Positions 8,884 to 18,882 of a DNA stretch of 64,000 bases are shown here, piece by piece. The first letter of the stretch is position 1; each line of letters opens with the position of its first letter. Under the pieces are notes generated by a model. The model ran no database searches and was not told where the DNA came from. It saw nothing but the letters and a program-made list of their open reading frames with translations. The position numbers and the translations under genes were made by a program. The stretch comes from an uncultured Acidimicrobiales bacterium (GTDB lineage: Bacteria > Actinomycetota > Acidimicrobiia > Acidimicrobiales > SHLQ01), in the NCBI GenBank assembly GCA_964517125.1, contig CAZFBD010000001.1, positions 236,338-300,337 on the forward strand, written 5' to 3'.

Positions 8884-9791
8884 CCTACGCTGCCGAGATG
8901 GGACGCTCCCTCACCCTCACCCTCGACCTCGATGGCCCCGTACACGTCATGGACCACGGCGGCGAAGGGCCCCCGATTCTGTTGATTCATGGACTCGGAG
9001 GCTCCCACGTCAACTGGTCTGCGGTTTCCGACTCGTTCGCACACCACGGGCACGTGCGGGCGATCGACCTGATCGGCTTCGGCCTCACTCCGCTGCAGAA
9101 CCGAAGCGCCGGGTTCACGTCGCAGGTCGACCTCGTACTCCGATATCTCCGGGACGAAGTTGGGCAGCCCACGTTGCTCGTGGGCAACTCCATGGGTGGA
9201 GCGGTCGCCATGTATGTGAGCGCCGCCGCTCCGGAACTTGTCAGTGGCATGGTTCTGGTCGACCCCGCACTACCCATGATTCGACCGACCTTCGACCTCG
9301 GAGTGGCCAAATCGCTGCTGGGCCCGATCATCCCCGGAGCAGGCGCACGCCGCTTCCAAGCCGCTGCCGACGATCCCGAGTCCTATGTGGACGAGGTCTT
9401 CGCTCTGGTCTGCGCCGATCCTGCCCGGGTGCGACCGCACGATCGCGACCTCGCCATTGTGATGGCAACCGAACGGGCAGAAATGCCGTGGGCGGCCGAC
9501 GCGTTCTCCCAAGCAGCAACGTCGCTGTTCACGACCTTGTCACGCCGGTGGTCCTTTGCTGACGTCATCGGATCCTCCGATACGCCCGCGCTGGTGATCC
9601 ACGGCGACAAGGACCGTCTGGTCAACGTGGCCTCGGCGCGGTGGTTGTGTCGACGGGTACGGTCCGATTGGCGGCTCGTGGTACTTGATGGTGTCGGGCA
9701 CACGCCCCAGATGGAGACACCGGAGCGGTTCATGGAGGCGGTCGACGCCTGGCTGGCAGCGCAGGCAGTTGACGCTGCTCCTCAGGGCTGA
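8880..9791 (+). CDS. alpha/beta hydrolase
   Basis: 303 aa with PILLIHGLGGSH, the nucleophile elbow GNSMGG, and a C-terminal GH. Its GTG start overlaps the TGA of the WS/DGAT remnant (GTGA). An alternative ATG lies at 8898. Confidence 0.85.
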   Translation: MTYAAEMGRSLTLTLDLDGPVHVMDHGGEGPPILLIHGLGGSHVNWSAVSDSFAHHGHVRAIDLIGFGLTPLQNRSAGFTSQVDLVLRYLRDEVGQPTLLVGNSMGGAVAMYVSAAAPELVSGMVLVDPALPMIRPTFDLGVAKSLLGPIIPGAGARRFQAAADDPESYVDEVFALVCADPARVRPHDRDLAIVMATERAEMPWAADAFSQAATSLFTTLSRRWSFADVIGSSDTPALVIHGDKDRLVNVASARWLCRRVRSDWRLVVLDGVGHTPQMETPERFMEAVDAWLAAQAVDAAPQG

Positions 9792-9850
9792 GTTGCCCAG
9801 ACCGGCTCGAAACCTCACACCGGCAGAACAACGGTTCTCCCTGGACCGGC

Positions 9851-10258
9851 TCAATCTCCTTGGTCCGTGGACCACGCGTCGAGGATCGGTCGAGCCGTTC
9901 GCATCGCGTCGATGGCAGCAGGTAGGCCGCAATACGGGCCGGCTTGAAGAAAGACTTCCTCGATCTCGTGAGGCTCGACGCCGTTGTGGAGTGCCCCGGT
10001 GATGTGAATACCCAACTCGTGCGGGCGATTGAGTGCGGTCAGCATGGCCAGGTTGAGCATGCTTCGCTCGCGGAGCGACAGCTGGTCACGGGACCATGCG
10101 GTTCCCCACGCGAAGCCGGCCACCATCTCCTGTAGGGCGTGTTGGGCTTCGGTGGCTGGGGAGCTCACTGCATCGACGTAGGCGTCGCCGAGGACCTGTC
10201 GGCGCACAACCTGCCCGTTCGCCACGCGGTCGATCGGTCCCGTTGGTTCAAAGGTCAT
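9851..10258 (-). CDS. carboxymuconolactone decarboxylase family protein (PcaC-like)
   Basis: 135 aa with WSRDQLSLRERSMLNLAMLTALNRPHEL...HEIEEVFLQAGPYCGLPAA, typical of gamma-CMD. There is no CxxC motif. Confidence 0.8.
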   Translation of the reverse strand: MTFEPTGPIDRVANGQVVRRQVLGDAYVDAVSSPATEAQHALQEMVAGFAWGTAWSRDQLSLRERSMLNLAMLTALNRPHELGIHITGALHNGVEPHEIEEVFLQAGPYCGLPAAIDAMRTARPILDAWSTDQGD

Positions 10259-10333
10259 GTGTGTCTCCAGTTGCTGGTTCGTGCGGATCGTAGCCAGAAC
10301 CCCGTGCCCGACCGGAATCCGACACTCGTCGCG

Positions 10334-11218
10334 TCAGGACCGGGACGAACCAGCGCGTCGCTGTCGAATCCCAAGGACGACACCAACGACGATGACGACC
10401 AGCAGGCCAAGTCCGGCGAGCGCAAGGAGGCCGTACGTCCGGAGAACGGATGGGCCCACCGCGTACTGTCGCCTTCCCTCGGCGAACGCATCAGCCAGGA
10501 CCGTGACCGGATTCTGTCCGTCACCCTCGACCACGGCCACGGTGAGCAGGACCGAAGGTGCGTCAGCCGCATCGTCGGGTTCGGCGACGACGACCTGTGC
10601 GAACAACGCGGTCTGGTCTGCGCATCTCGAGTCACCGCCGGCATCGCCTCCGGCGACCAGCGCAGCGACAAGGCGCTCCGCAAGGTGCCCAGACGTCGCC
10701 TCGAACGCTCCAACGGCGTCGTAGACCACGGCAGGGCTGACCAGGATGTTGCCCTGCGCGCTGACGCTGCGACCTTGCGCATCAAGCGCGCCAGCAACAT
10801 TCGCATCGCCGGTGGCTGCCGCACTGTCCCCAGACACAGCAACCACCGCATGCTGGCGCTGCGAACTCTGGTCATCGAACGCCGAGTCCATGAGCGCCTC
10901 GACGATCGCACTTGGCGGCACTGTCGCTTCCAGCTGTCGACGGATCTCGGACGGCGCCTGCGAATTGAGGAGCGCTTGTGAGACACCTGCTCCGACACCA
11001 GGCACGATCACCACTGGCTCCAGGGGCTGATCCAGGTCCCCAAGGAGAACAGCAGGCACGCACGATGCGATCGCAACTCCAACGTCGCCGGTTTCTGGGT
11101 CGACCGCCACGATGGACCAGGTCGCGGTAGCCGGCGACATCGTTGCCACGAGCACAACCGCAACCACAGCCACGCCCACGAGGGAGGCTCGGGTGGCGTC
11201 AAGACGACATTTGCTCAT
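10334..11218 (-). CDS. DUF1028 (Ntn-hydrolase-fold) family protein with a signal peptide and a C-terminal transmembrane anchor
   Basis: I placed the start at the ATG at 11218 (MSKCRLDATRASLVGVAVVAVVLVATMSPATA). The mature sequence begins TWSIVAVDPETGDVGVA, matching the N-terminal T/S-FSIVA signature of DUF1028. The C-terminus is LLALAGLGLLVVIVVGVVLGIRQRR. Confidence 0.65.
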   Translation of the reverse strand: MSKCRLDATRASLVGVAVVAVVLVATMSPATATWSIVAVDPETGDVGVAIASCVPAVLLGDLDQPLEPVVIVPGVGAGVSQALLNSQAPSEIRRQLEATVPPSAIVEALMDSAFDDQSSQRQHAVVAVSGDSAAATGDANVAGALDAQGRSVSAQGNILVSPAVVYDAVGAFEATSGHLAERLVAALVAGGDAGGDSRCADQTALFAQVVVAEPDDAADAPSVLLTVAVVEGDGQNPVTVLADAFAEGRRQYAVGPSVLRTYGLLALAGLGLLVVIVVGVVLGIRQRRAGSSRS

Positions 11219-11358
11219 CACGTGTGGTCGCTTGCGGTCATGGCCTGCAAGACCAGCAGATGGGTGGACCAACAACAAATCACCCCCGAACCTCGCCAAA
11301 ACGGCGATCGGCCCCACCAGATCCGTAGGAATCCGGTGGGGCCGATCATCCGGAATGA

Positions 11359-13503
11359 CTAGGAGAGATCGAAACGATCTGCGTCCATCACCTTTGCGAA
11401 GGCGGCGGCGAAGTCGTTTGCGAACTTCTCTGCAGCGTCATCGGCGGCGTAGACGTCGGCGATCGCACGAAGAATCGAGTTCGAGCCGAACACGAGGTCG
11501 TTGCGGGTACCCGTCCACTTGGCCTCACCGCTCGCACGGTCCTTGCCTTCGAAGACGCCCTCTTCACCGGCAGCCGTCCACTCGGTGTTGTAGTCCATCA
11601 GGTTGACAAAGAAGTCGTTGCTGAGGGTTCCAACGTTGTTGGTGAGAACGCCGTGTCCGTCGGTGGTGACACCGAGAACACGCAAGCCAGCCACGAGTAC
11701 GGACATCTCTGGGGCGCTCAGGCCGAGGAGCTGTGCCTTGTCGACGAGCAGGTGCTCGGCCACGAGGGCGTTGCCCTTGCCAAGGAAGTTCCGGAATCCG
11801 TCCCACTTCGGCTCAAGCCATGCGAAGGACTCTTCGTCGGTCTGCTCCTGGGTCGCATCGCCGCGACCTGTGCTGACCGCAACACTGACGCTGTTGCCAC
11901 CTGCGGATGCAGCGGCTTCGACAGCAGCAGCGCCACCAAGGACGATGAGGTCCGCCATGGAGACGTCGACGCCGACGCTGGACTGCACACCTTCGAGGGC
12001 GGACAGTACGCCCGAGAGCGTGTCCGGGCTGTTTGCTTCCCAGCCGCTCTGCGGGGAAAGGCGAAGGCGAGCGCCGTTGGCGCCACCACGCATGTCGCTT
12101 CCACGGTAGGTGGATGCCGAGGCCCAGGCGGTCGACACAAGGTCGGTGATGCTCACACCGGAAGCCATGATTGCGGCCTTGACGGTCGCAACGTCGGCGT
12201 CGCTGAGTGCGGTGCCTGCAGGAACGGGGTCCTGCCAGATGAGCTCTTCGCTGGGAACCTCTGGGCCGAGGTAACGGACAGCCGGGCCCATGTCTCGGTG
12301 GGTCAGCTTGTACCACGCACGTGCGAATGCATCGTCGAGGAGCGACTGGTCGTCACGGAAGCGCTGCGAGATGGGACCGTAGATCGGGTCCATCTTCATG
12401 GCCATGTCGGCCGTCGTCATCATGGGTGCGTGGAACACGTCACCGCGATGCGCGTCGGGCACGGTGCCAGCAAGCGCCGGTGCGTGCCACTGCTTGTGAC
12501 CCGACGGGCTCTCGGTGAGCTCCCAATCGTTGTCCATGAGGGTCTCGAGGTAGTTGTTGTCCCACGTGGTGGGCGTGGAGTTCCATGCGCCTTCGAAACC
12601 GGAACCGGTGGTGTGCTCGGCCTTTCCGGACTCGAAGTCGTTCTTCCAGCCGATGAGCTGCTGCTCCATGGGAGCACCTTCGGGCTCAGCGTTGACCATG
12701 TCCTCGGGGCCGGCACCGTGTGCCTTGCCGAATGCATGGCCGCCGACCACGAGCGCAACGGTCTCTTCGTCGTTCATTGCCATGCGGCCGAACGTCTCGC
12801 GAATGTCGCGGCCAGAGGCGACGGGATCGGGGTTGGCGTTCGGGCCTTCCGGGTTCACGTAGATGAGGCCCATCTGCACGGCGCCGAGTGGCTCGAGCAG
12901 GTCACGGTCGCCGCTGTAGCGCTCGTCGTCGAGCCAGACGCTTTCGGGTCCCCAGTAGATGTCTTCTTCAGGAGCCCACACGTCTTCACGTCCGCCGGCG
13001 AAGCCGAAGGTCTCGAAGCCCATGGATTCGAGGGCGACGTTGCCGGTGAGGATCATGAGGTCGGCCCAGCTGAGCTGGCGGCCGTACTTCTTCTTGATCG
13101 GCTCGAGGAGAAGGCGAGCCTTGTCGAGGTTGACGTTGTCGGGCCAGCTGTTGAGCGGAGCGAAACGCTGGGTGCCGGAAGCGCCGCCGCCGCGACCGTC
13201 GTGGGTACGGTAGGTGCCGGCGGAGTGCCATGCCATGCGGATGAAGAACGGGCCGTAGTGACCGTAGTCGGCAGGCCACCAGTCCTTGGAGTCCGTCATG
13301 AGGGCGGTGAGGTCGGCCTTGACGGCAGCGAGATCGAGCTTGGCAAACTCCGAGGCGTAGTCGAAGTCGTCGCCCATCGGGTTCGAGGCGGCAGAGTGCT
13401 GATCCAGGATGTTCAGGTTGAGCTGGTTTGGCCACCACTGTTGGTTTGCCGAGGAACCCACGTCGTTCTGGTGAAAGACCGGGCACTTGTTTTCGTCAGT
13501 CAT
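11359..13503 (-). CDS. katG: catalase-peroxidase
   Basis: 714 aa with [21 protein letters not shown], and a duplicated peroxidase-domain architecture. Confidence 0.97.
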   Translation of the reverse strand: MTDENKCPVFHQNDVGSSANQQWWPNQLNLNILDQHSAASNPMGDDFDYASEFAKLDLAAVKADLTALMTDSKDWWPADYGHYGPFFIRMAWHSAGTYRTHDGRGGGASGTQRFAPLNSWPDNVNLDKARLLLEPIKKKYGRQLSWADLMILTGNVALESMGFETFGFAGGREDVWAPEEDIYWGPESVWLDDERYSGDRDLLEPLGAVQMGLIYVNPEGPNANPDPVASGRDIRETFGRMAMNDEETVALVVGGHAFGKAHGAGPEDMVNAEPEGAPMEQQLIGWKNDFESGKAEHTTGSGFEGAWNSTPTTWDNNYLETLMDNDWELTESPSGHKQWHAPALAGTVPDAHRGDVFHAPMMTTADMAMKMDPIYGPISQRFRDDQSLLDDAFARAWYKLTHRDMGPAVRYLGPEVPSEELIWQDPVPAGTALSDADVATVKAAIMASGVSITDLVSTAWASASTYRGSDMRGGANGARLRLSPQSGWEANSPDTLSGVLSALEGVQSSVGVDVSMADLIVLGGAAAVEAAASAGGNSVSVAVSTGRGDATQEQTDEESFAWLEPKWDGFRNFLGKGNALVAEHLLVDKAQLLGLSAPEMSVLVAGLRVLGVTTDGHGVLTNNVGTLSNDFFVNLMDYNTEWTAAGEEGVFEGKDRASGEAKWTGTRNDLVFGSNSILRAIADVYAADDAAEKFANDFAAAFAKVMDADRFDLS

Positions 13504-13571
13504 ATTGCTCCTTGATTACTGAGATGTTGGTTGGTTGGTGAGAATGTGGGTGTTCGGATCGCCGTGCGAGT

Positions 13572-13997
13572 TCAGTTCTTTCGGCACGACGGGCACCGAC
13601 CCCAATAGACAACTTCGGCTTCATCGATTTCGAATCCGTGGTCGTCGTTGGCTGTGAGGCACGGGGTTTGCCCGACCGCACAGTCGATGTCGAACATGAT
13701 GCCGCATCCGCGGCACACGAGATGGTGGTGGTTGTCCCCGACGCGATCTTCGTACCGTGCCGGCGAACCAGTTGGCTGGATCCGGCGGATGAGCTGTTTG
13801 TCCAGGAACACACCAAGCGTGTCGTAGACCGCCTGACGCGAGATGGATCCAATACTGGCTCGCACGTCTTCGGTAAGCTCTTCGGTCGTGGCATGAGGAC
13901 GGTCGGCGACGGCCTGCAGAATCGCCAGCCGCTGTGCGGTGACCTGCACTCCGTGTGTACGGAGCTGTTGCTCGATGCCGTTGTTCATCGAAGTCAA
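13572..13997 (-). CDS. furA: Fur family transcriptional regulator (FurA-type, upstream of katG)
   Basis: 141 aa with HHHLVC..C and C..C metal-site motifs and a winged-helix N-terminus. It lies 68 bp upstream of katG on the same strand, as in mycobacterial furA-katG. Confidence 0.85.
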   Translation of the reverse strand: MTSMNNGIEQQLRTHGVQVTAQRLAILQAVADRPHATTEELTEDVRASIGSISRQAVYDTLGVFLDKQLIRRIQPTGSPARYEDRVGDNHHHLVCRGCGIMFDIDCAVGQTPCLTANDDHGFEIDEAEVVYWGRCPSCRKN

Positions 13998-14013
13998 TCA
14001 ATCACACTTTCTG

Positions 14014-14042
14014 GACTTAGTCAAGAGTTTGATTTGGTCAAA
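14014..14042. promoter_or_regulatory. AT-rich palindromes upstream of furA (candidate Fur-type operator)
   Basis: There is a 9 bp palindrome GACTTAGTC (14014-14022) and TTTGA-N5-TCAAA (14028-14042). Both sit in the only AT-rich stretch between the furA start (13997) and the next gene. Confidence 0.35.
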
Positions 14043-14050
14043 ACGGCCGC

Positions 14051-17000
14051 TCAACGTGGGACCCACGGACCGCCGATCGAGTCCAGCTCGTCTGTCAGGT
14101 TTCGGAGCATCTCCCGAGCACCGTCCAGGACAACCACGGCAGCTTCGAAGCGCTCCGCTGCCACCGACAGAACAGCACGCTGCGTGTCAGTTGGCGGACC
14201 GGTCGTGCCCCAGTGCGTCGACGAGACTCGGTCGGCCTGTTCGCGAATCGAGGGTTGGGCTGGCTCCGCGTGTGCCTCGCGGATGGGATCGCCGGTGATG
14301 GCGACTGCGACGTCCTCGAGCGAGCGGTGGGTGGCCTCGAGGCTGCTCACCAGGTGGGCGGCTGCCGGGGTCTGGGTCAACCCCTTGCGGACGTGTAGAA
14401 GTCGGCTTCGCATGGCATCGATGTCGGCGGATGCACCGCGTACACGGCGCACCAGATCGGAGGTCTCCAACCTGAACGACGAATCGTCCGCGGCCGCTCC
14501 GTCTGCGACAGTGGGAATGGGCCGAACAACGAAGCTCTCTGGCCCAGCGACACGTGTCTCGCCGGTGGCGTCTCGTCGTACGACCTCCACGGTGTACGTC
14601 CCGGTCGGAACCAACGCCCCGACCGTGTTCGTCGCCCACGGCGGCTGGAAGCCAGGGGCCTCGAGCTTCACAGGATCGGGCGCCGCATACCGGAGGTCCC
14701 AGCTCGTGCGATGAAGGCCTTTCGTGTGGTCCGCCACGATCGACCGGACCGCTTCGCCGTTCGCGTCGCGAACGAGCAGAAGCAGTATCGGTTCACCTTG
14801 CAGCTGTTCTTCTCGAAGTTCGTCCCACCCCGGAAACGCCACGTCGGCATCGTCCCGCTCATTCTCGTGTTCTCGGCGGACGCCCTTGGCCGACAGGAGT
14901 TCGGAGGTGAGGTGATACGTGAAGCTCGCACCGAACTCGGGGTTCGATGACCGAAACGAGGTAGAGCCAAGGGTCGGCTGATCGTTGGCCTGCATGGGCC
15001 TGTATGGCACGTACCACCATGCGTCACGAACGGGAAAGAGCGAAACCTCCTGCCCGAGAGTCTCGCCGTCCAGATGCCGAAGGACGCTGTAGTCATCGAG
15101 CACGTAGAACCCCCGCCCGAAACTGGCGCAGATCAGGTCATCATCCCGTCGCTGGAGGGCCAGGTCTCGGAACGAAATCGTCGGCACGTCGTTCGACAAC
15201 TGATGCCATTCGTTGCCGCCGTCGACCGTGATGTGCACGCCGTGTTCCGCTCCGACGAACAGCAGCTCCGGGCGCACATGATCCTGTTTGATGGTCCAGA
15301 CGATGCTTGTTTGCGGGAGCCCATCGCTGAGATCGACCCAGGTCCGGCCCCGATCGTCACTACGGAAGACGTATGGGGTGAAATCGCCGCTCTTGTGGTC
15401 GTCGGCAGCCAGAAAGACAACCGACGCATCATGGCGGGATGGCTCGATTCCGTTGATGAACGCAACATCGGGCAATCCGGCTGGACGGGTGGCCTCTCTC
15501 CAGCCAGCTCCGCCGTCCTCCGAAACGTGAATACGGCCGTCGTCGGTTCCCGCGTACAGCAGGGCAGCGTCCATCGTGGATTCCGCAAGAATCGAGATCG
15601 TTGCGTAGTGCGACATCGCGAACTGGTCGTAGAGCGAGTCGACGCTGACGACCCGCTCCCCCATCGGCAGTTCGTACCTGTTCACTCCCGTGGTCAGGTC
15701 GGGGCTGATCGCCTCCCACGAGTCGCCGCGGTCGTCGCTGCGCCACACACGCTGTGAGGCTACGTAGACCCTGCCTGACACATGTGTGCTGACCACGATC
15801 GGGGTGTCCCAGTTCCAGCGCTCGGGCGGGTCATCGGGACCCGGCTGCGGCTGAATGTCGGTCAGCTCCATGGTCCGTTTGTCGTGCCGCATGACGTTGC
15901 CGATCTGCCACTCCATGTAGCTGAGATCACCGTCGGTGGGGTCGAAGGCCACGTGGTAGCCGTCGGCTCCCAGCGGTACCCACCAGTCCTTGTTGCGAAC
16001 ACCGTCCACATGGAGTGTGCGGGTGGGGCCATGAATCGTTCCCAGGTCCTGCGCTCCGCCGAGAACGTTCGCGAACGGCAGGGAATCGTCGACCGCCACT
16101 CGATAGAACTGGCTGATCGGAAGATTCGACACGTGCCGCCACGCACCGCCATCGTCGAACGTCTCGTACAGGCCGGCATCGGTCCCCACGATGAGGTGCT
16201 GACCATTCAGCGGGTCGATCCATACGACATGGTTGTCGCTGTGCTTTTGTTTGCCGGTCTCCAGATTCGTGAAGGTGGCGCCGCCGTCCTTCGTGGCGTG
16301 GATGAACACGTCGGCGGTGTAGACCGTGTCGGCGTCGACGGGTGACGCAAAGATCTTCTGGTAGTAGTGCGGGCCGGTACCCCCCGACAGGTACTCGCTG
16401 CGACGTTCCCAGGTACGGCCACGGTTGGTGGACCGATAGAAACCACGCTCCTTCTTCTCCACCGCCTCGATCGTGGCGTAGACGACATGCGGCGCTGCTG
16501 GTGAGACGGCCAGGCCGATCCTGCCCATGTCTCCATCGGGCAGGCCGGCGGTCATCTTCTCGAACGTCGCACCGCCATCGGTGCTCTGGTGAATACCCGA
16601 GCCGGGGCCGCCGGCCAGGAACGACCACGCTCGCCGGCGCCGTTGGTAGGTCGCCACCGTCACGGTGTCCGGGTCGTCTGGTGCGAACACCGCGCTCGTG
16701 ACCCCGGTGTCATCGTCGACGTGCAGGACCAGCTCCCAGTGTTCTCCGCCGTCGGTCGTCTTGTACAGACCCCGCTCGCCGCCGCTGGACCACAACGGCC
16801 CCTCAGCCGCGACGAACACGACGTTGCTGTCCCGCGGGTCGATGAGAATGTCGGCCACATGCTCCGACTGCTGCAGACCCATGTGGGCCCAGCTGTCCCC
16901 GCCGTCGACGCTTCTGTACACGCCGTCGCCCCATGCGACGTGGCGACCGTTCACCGCTTCGCCGGTGCCGACCCAGACGTTGTTCGGATTCGACGGGTCG

Positions 17001-17248
17001 ATTCGCACACAGCCAATCGAGTACGACGGTTGATCGTCGAAGATGGGCCGCCAGGTGATTCCGGCGTTGGTGGTCTTCCAAACGCCTCCGGAGCCGACGG
17101 CGACCAGCCAGGTGGACGGTTCGGACGGATGGATGGCGATGTCGACGACACGCCCGCCCATGAACGCGGGACCGATGCTGCGGAGTCCGAGACCGGCGAT
17201 GGCCTCAGCGATCGGTGATTGGGTGTCTGGACTGTTGCGTTCGGCCAT
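14051..17248 (-). CDS. BNR/Asp-box repeat, VPS10/sortilin-like beta-propeller protein (annotated in other genomes as a glycosyl hydrolase BNR-repeat protein)
   Basis: 1065 aa with repeated S-x-D-x-G-x-T-W type Asp-boxes: TTNAGITW, SVDGGDSW, TTDGGEHW, STDGGATF, TKDGGATF, SEDGGAGW, TVDGGNEW. I see no obvious signal peptide. Confidence 0.75.
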   Translation of the reverse strand: MAERNSPDTQSPIAEAIAGLGLRSIGPAFMGGRVVDIAIHPSEPSTWLVAVGSGGVWKTTNAGITWRPIFDDQPSYSIGCVRIDPSNPNNVWVGTGEAVNGRHVAWGDGVYRSVDGGDSWAHMGLQQSEHVADILIDPRDSNVVFVAAEGPLWSSGGERGLYKTTDGGEHWELVLHVDDDTGVTSAVFAPDDPDTVTVATYQRRRRAWSFLAGGPGSGIHQSTDGGATFEKMTAGLPDGDMGRIGLAVSPAAPHVVYATIEAVEKKERGFYRSTNRGRTWERRSEYLSGGTGPHYYQKIFASPVDADTVYTADVFIHATKDGGATFTNLETGKQKHSDNHVVWIDPLNGQHLIVGTDAGLYETFDDGGAWRHVSNLPISQFYRVAVDDSLPFANVLGGAQDLGTIHGPTRTLHVDGVRNKDWWVPLGADGYHVAFDPTDGDLSYMEWQIGNVMRHDKRTMELTDIQPQPGPDDPPERWNWDTPIVVSTHVSGRVYVASQRVWRSDDRGDSWEAISPDLTTGVNRYELPMGERVVSVDSLYDQFAMSHYATISILAESTMDAALLYAGTDDGRIHVSEDGGAGWREATRPAGLPDVAFINGIEPSRHDASVVFLAADDHKSGDFTPYVFRSDDRGRTWVDLSDGLPQTSIVWTIKQDHVRPELLFVGAEHGVHITVDGGNEWHQLSNDVPTISFRDLALQRRDDDLICASFGRGFYVLDDYSVLRHLDGETLGQEVSLFPVRDAWWYVPYRPMQANDQPTLGSTSFRSSNPEFGASFTYHLTSELLSAKGVRREHENERDDADVAFPGWDELREEQLQGEPILLLLVRDANGEAVRSIVADHTKGLHRTSWDLRYAAPDPVKLEAPGFQPPWATNTVGALVPTGTYTVEVVRRDATGETRVAGPESFVVRPIPTVADGAAADDSSFRLETSDLVRRVRGASADIDAMRSRLLHVRKGLTQTPAAAHLVSSLEATHRSLEDVAVAITGDPIREAHAEPAQPSIREQADRVSSTHWGTTGPPTDTQRAVLSVAAERFEAAVVVLDGAREMLRNLTDELDSIGGPWVPR

Positions 17249-17286
17249 TCCGCCAACCTAGATGGCGCATGCGAGCGTTGCCGGAG

Positions 17287-17772
17287 TCAGCCGCCAGTGG
17301 CTTCGGAACGAGTCGCCGTGAAGGCGTAGCACCCACCGGTGACGTTGCGTCCGTGCACCATGAGCACGTCGGGGTCTTCCAGGATCTCGGCGACTTCGCG
17401 GGTGAGTGAACCACCGGACTGGACGTGGCGCACCAAACCATAGGAGATTCGGTGGTCGCTTCCGTATGGGCGCAGAACCATCGGCCGTTCGTCGAACGCT
17501 GATGCCAGGTCGGTATCGCTTGGTCCGCCACAACCATCAGCGTGAACCACGACCGGTCCGGTCTCGCGGTACGGACCGTCCCAGTCAAATGGCGACCAGG
17601 CAATGATCGCCACCTGCTCTCCCGGCGCCGAATCCTTCAGGCAGCAGCGCAACGGCCAGCCCCCGTCGGGGTCAGCGAAGGGCTCGACAGGGTTACCGCC
17701 GTGGTCGGTCCCGACAGCAAGGACGCGGTTGAGTTCCGTCGTGTCAATTCCAGAGAACGTGGGAGTGGTCAT
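17287..17772 (-). CDS. DUF1203 family protein
   Basis: 161 aa with a PLRCCL motif and the size typical of DUF1203. The call rests on recollection of the family. Confidence 0.5.
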   Translation of the reverse strand: MTTPTFSGIDTTELNRVLAVGTDHGGNPVEPFADPDGGWPLRCCLKDSAPGEQVAIIAWSPFDWDGPYRETGPVVVHADGCGGPSDTDLASAFDERPMVLRPYGSDHRISYGLVRHVQSGGSLTREVAEILEDPDVLMVHGRNVTGGCYAFTATRSEATGG

Positions 17773-17835
17773 GAGCTCAAGCTATTGGTGGAGCCCTGTA
17801 AGCACCGGCGGGAATCGGACACGCAGGCAGAAGAC

Positions 17836-18795
17836 TCAGTGAGCGGCGTGTGCGTCGTCGCTGTGGGAATCGCCAAGAAACTGTGCCACGACAGCTACGG
17901 CGATGGCTCCAACGATCAGCCCGACGACAGCCGACAGGCCGGTGTTCACGAGCCACGACAGAAGGCCACCGATGCCGCCCACGTCCTTCACCGCTTCCTC
18001 GGCGTCGTGGACGATGTCGTACGGCAGGTCCCAGCCGAGCTCGTGCGCTCCCACGACCATGATGTGCCCGCCAACCCAGAGCATTGCTGCGGTACCGATG
18101 ACCGACAACCATGTGAGCAGAATCGGCATACCCGCCACCATGGTGCGGCCGACCTTCTGGGCGCCCTCCGACTCTCGTCCGGCAAGCGACAGGCCGACGT
18201 CGTCCATCTTCACGATGAGGGCCACGACCCCGTAGACGATGATGGTGATGAAGATCGCAACCACCACAAGGATGACTGCCTGGCGCAGGAAGGGCTCGTC
18301 GATGACTTCTTTCAACGAGATCACCATGATCTCGGCAGAGAGGATGAAGTCCGTGCGTACGGCACCGGCAACGGTTGCTTCCTCGGCCTCGGGGCCTTTC
18401 ATGGCCACGGGGACGTCGTGGTCGTGATCGTCTCCCTTGAGCTTGTGGTAGATCTTGTGGACGCCCTCGTAACACAGGTACGTGCCGCCGCACATGAGGA
18501 TGATCTCCACGAGGAGCGGTGCGATCGCACTGAGGAGCAGCGCTGCGGGGGTGATGAACAGCAGCTTGTTGCGAAGCGAGCCTGTTGCAATGCGCTTGAT
18601 GATGGGTAGCTCGCGGTGTGCTGCAAGGCCTTGGACGTAGGCGGGTGTCACCGCTGTGTCGTCGATGACCACACCGGCGGCTTTCGCGCTTGCCCGACCT
18701 GAGGCCGCTGCAACGTCGTCGATCGATGCGGCGGCGAGCTTCGCCAACGCCGCAACGTCATCCAACAATCCGACGAGTCCACCGGCCATATTCAA
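17836..18795 (-). CDS. DUF808 (YedI-like) inner membrane protein
   Basis: 319 aa. The N-terminus LLDDVAALAKLAAASIDDV, then VIDDTAVTP, several transmembrane segments and a His-rich tail match DUF808. Confidence 0.7.
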   Translation of the reverse strand: MNMAGGLVGLLDDVAALAKLAAASIDDVAAASGRASAKAAGVVIDDTAVTPAYVQGLAAHRELPIIKRIATGSLRNKLLFITPAALLLSAIAPLLVEIILMCGGTYLCYEGVHKIYHKLKGDDHDHDVPVAMKGPEAEEATVAGAVRTDFILSAEIMVISLKEVIDEPFLRQAVILVVVAIFITIIVYGVVALIVKMDDVGLSLAGRESEGAQKVGRTMVAGMPILLTWLSVIGTAAMLWVGGHIMVVGAHELGWDLPYDIVHDAEEAVKDVGGIGGLLSWLVNTGLSAVVGLIVGAIAVAVVAQFLGDSHSDDAHAAH

Positions 18796-18882
18796 TCCCT
18801 CAACATCTGGACCAACAGCCCATCAGGGTAATTGGCGCGACGGGTCGGTGAGACGATGTCACAAAAGTCTGTGTCAGCGCGG

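Noticed and set aside
11318-11358. A hairpin-like sequence after the katG stop (TCCGG...CCGGA) as a possible terminator.
   Set aside because: The stem is only 5 bp with a 13 nt loop and no T-tract, so it is not convincing.
11653-13515. A 620 aa plus-strand ORF, with similar very long ORFs at 33918-35846, 39635-41281, 53181-54878, 54936-56255 and 56096-58009.
   Set aside because: Each lies antisense to a gene with unmistakable family motifs (katG, ACAD, MFS, DapA-like/NadX, ndh, CNNM). Their translations are Arg/Gly/His-rich and low in complexity, as expected for stop-poor antisense frames in high-GC DNA.
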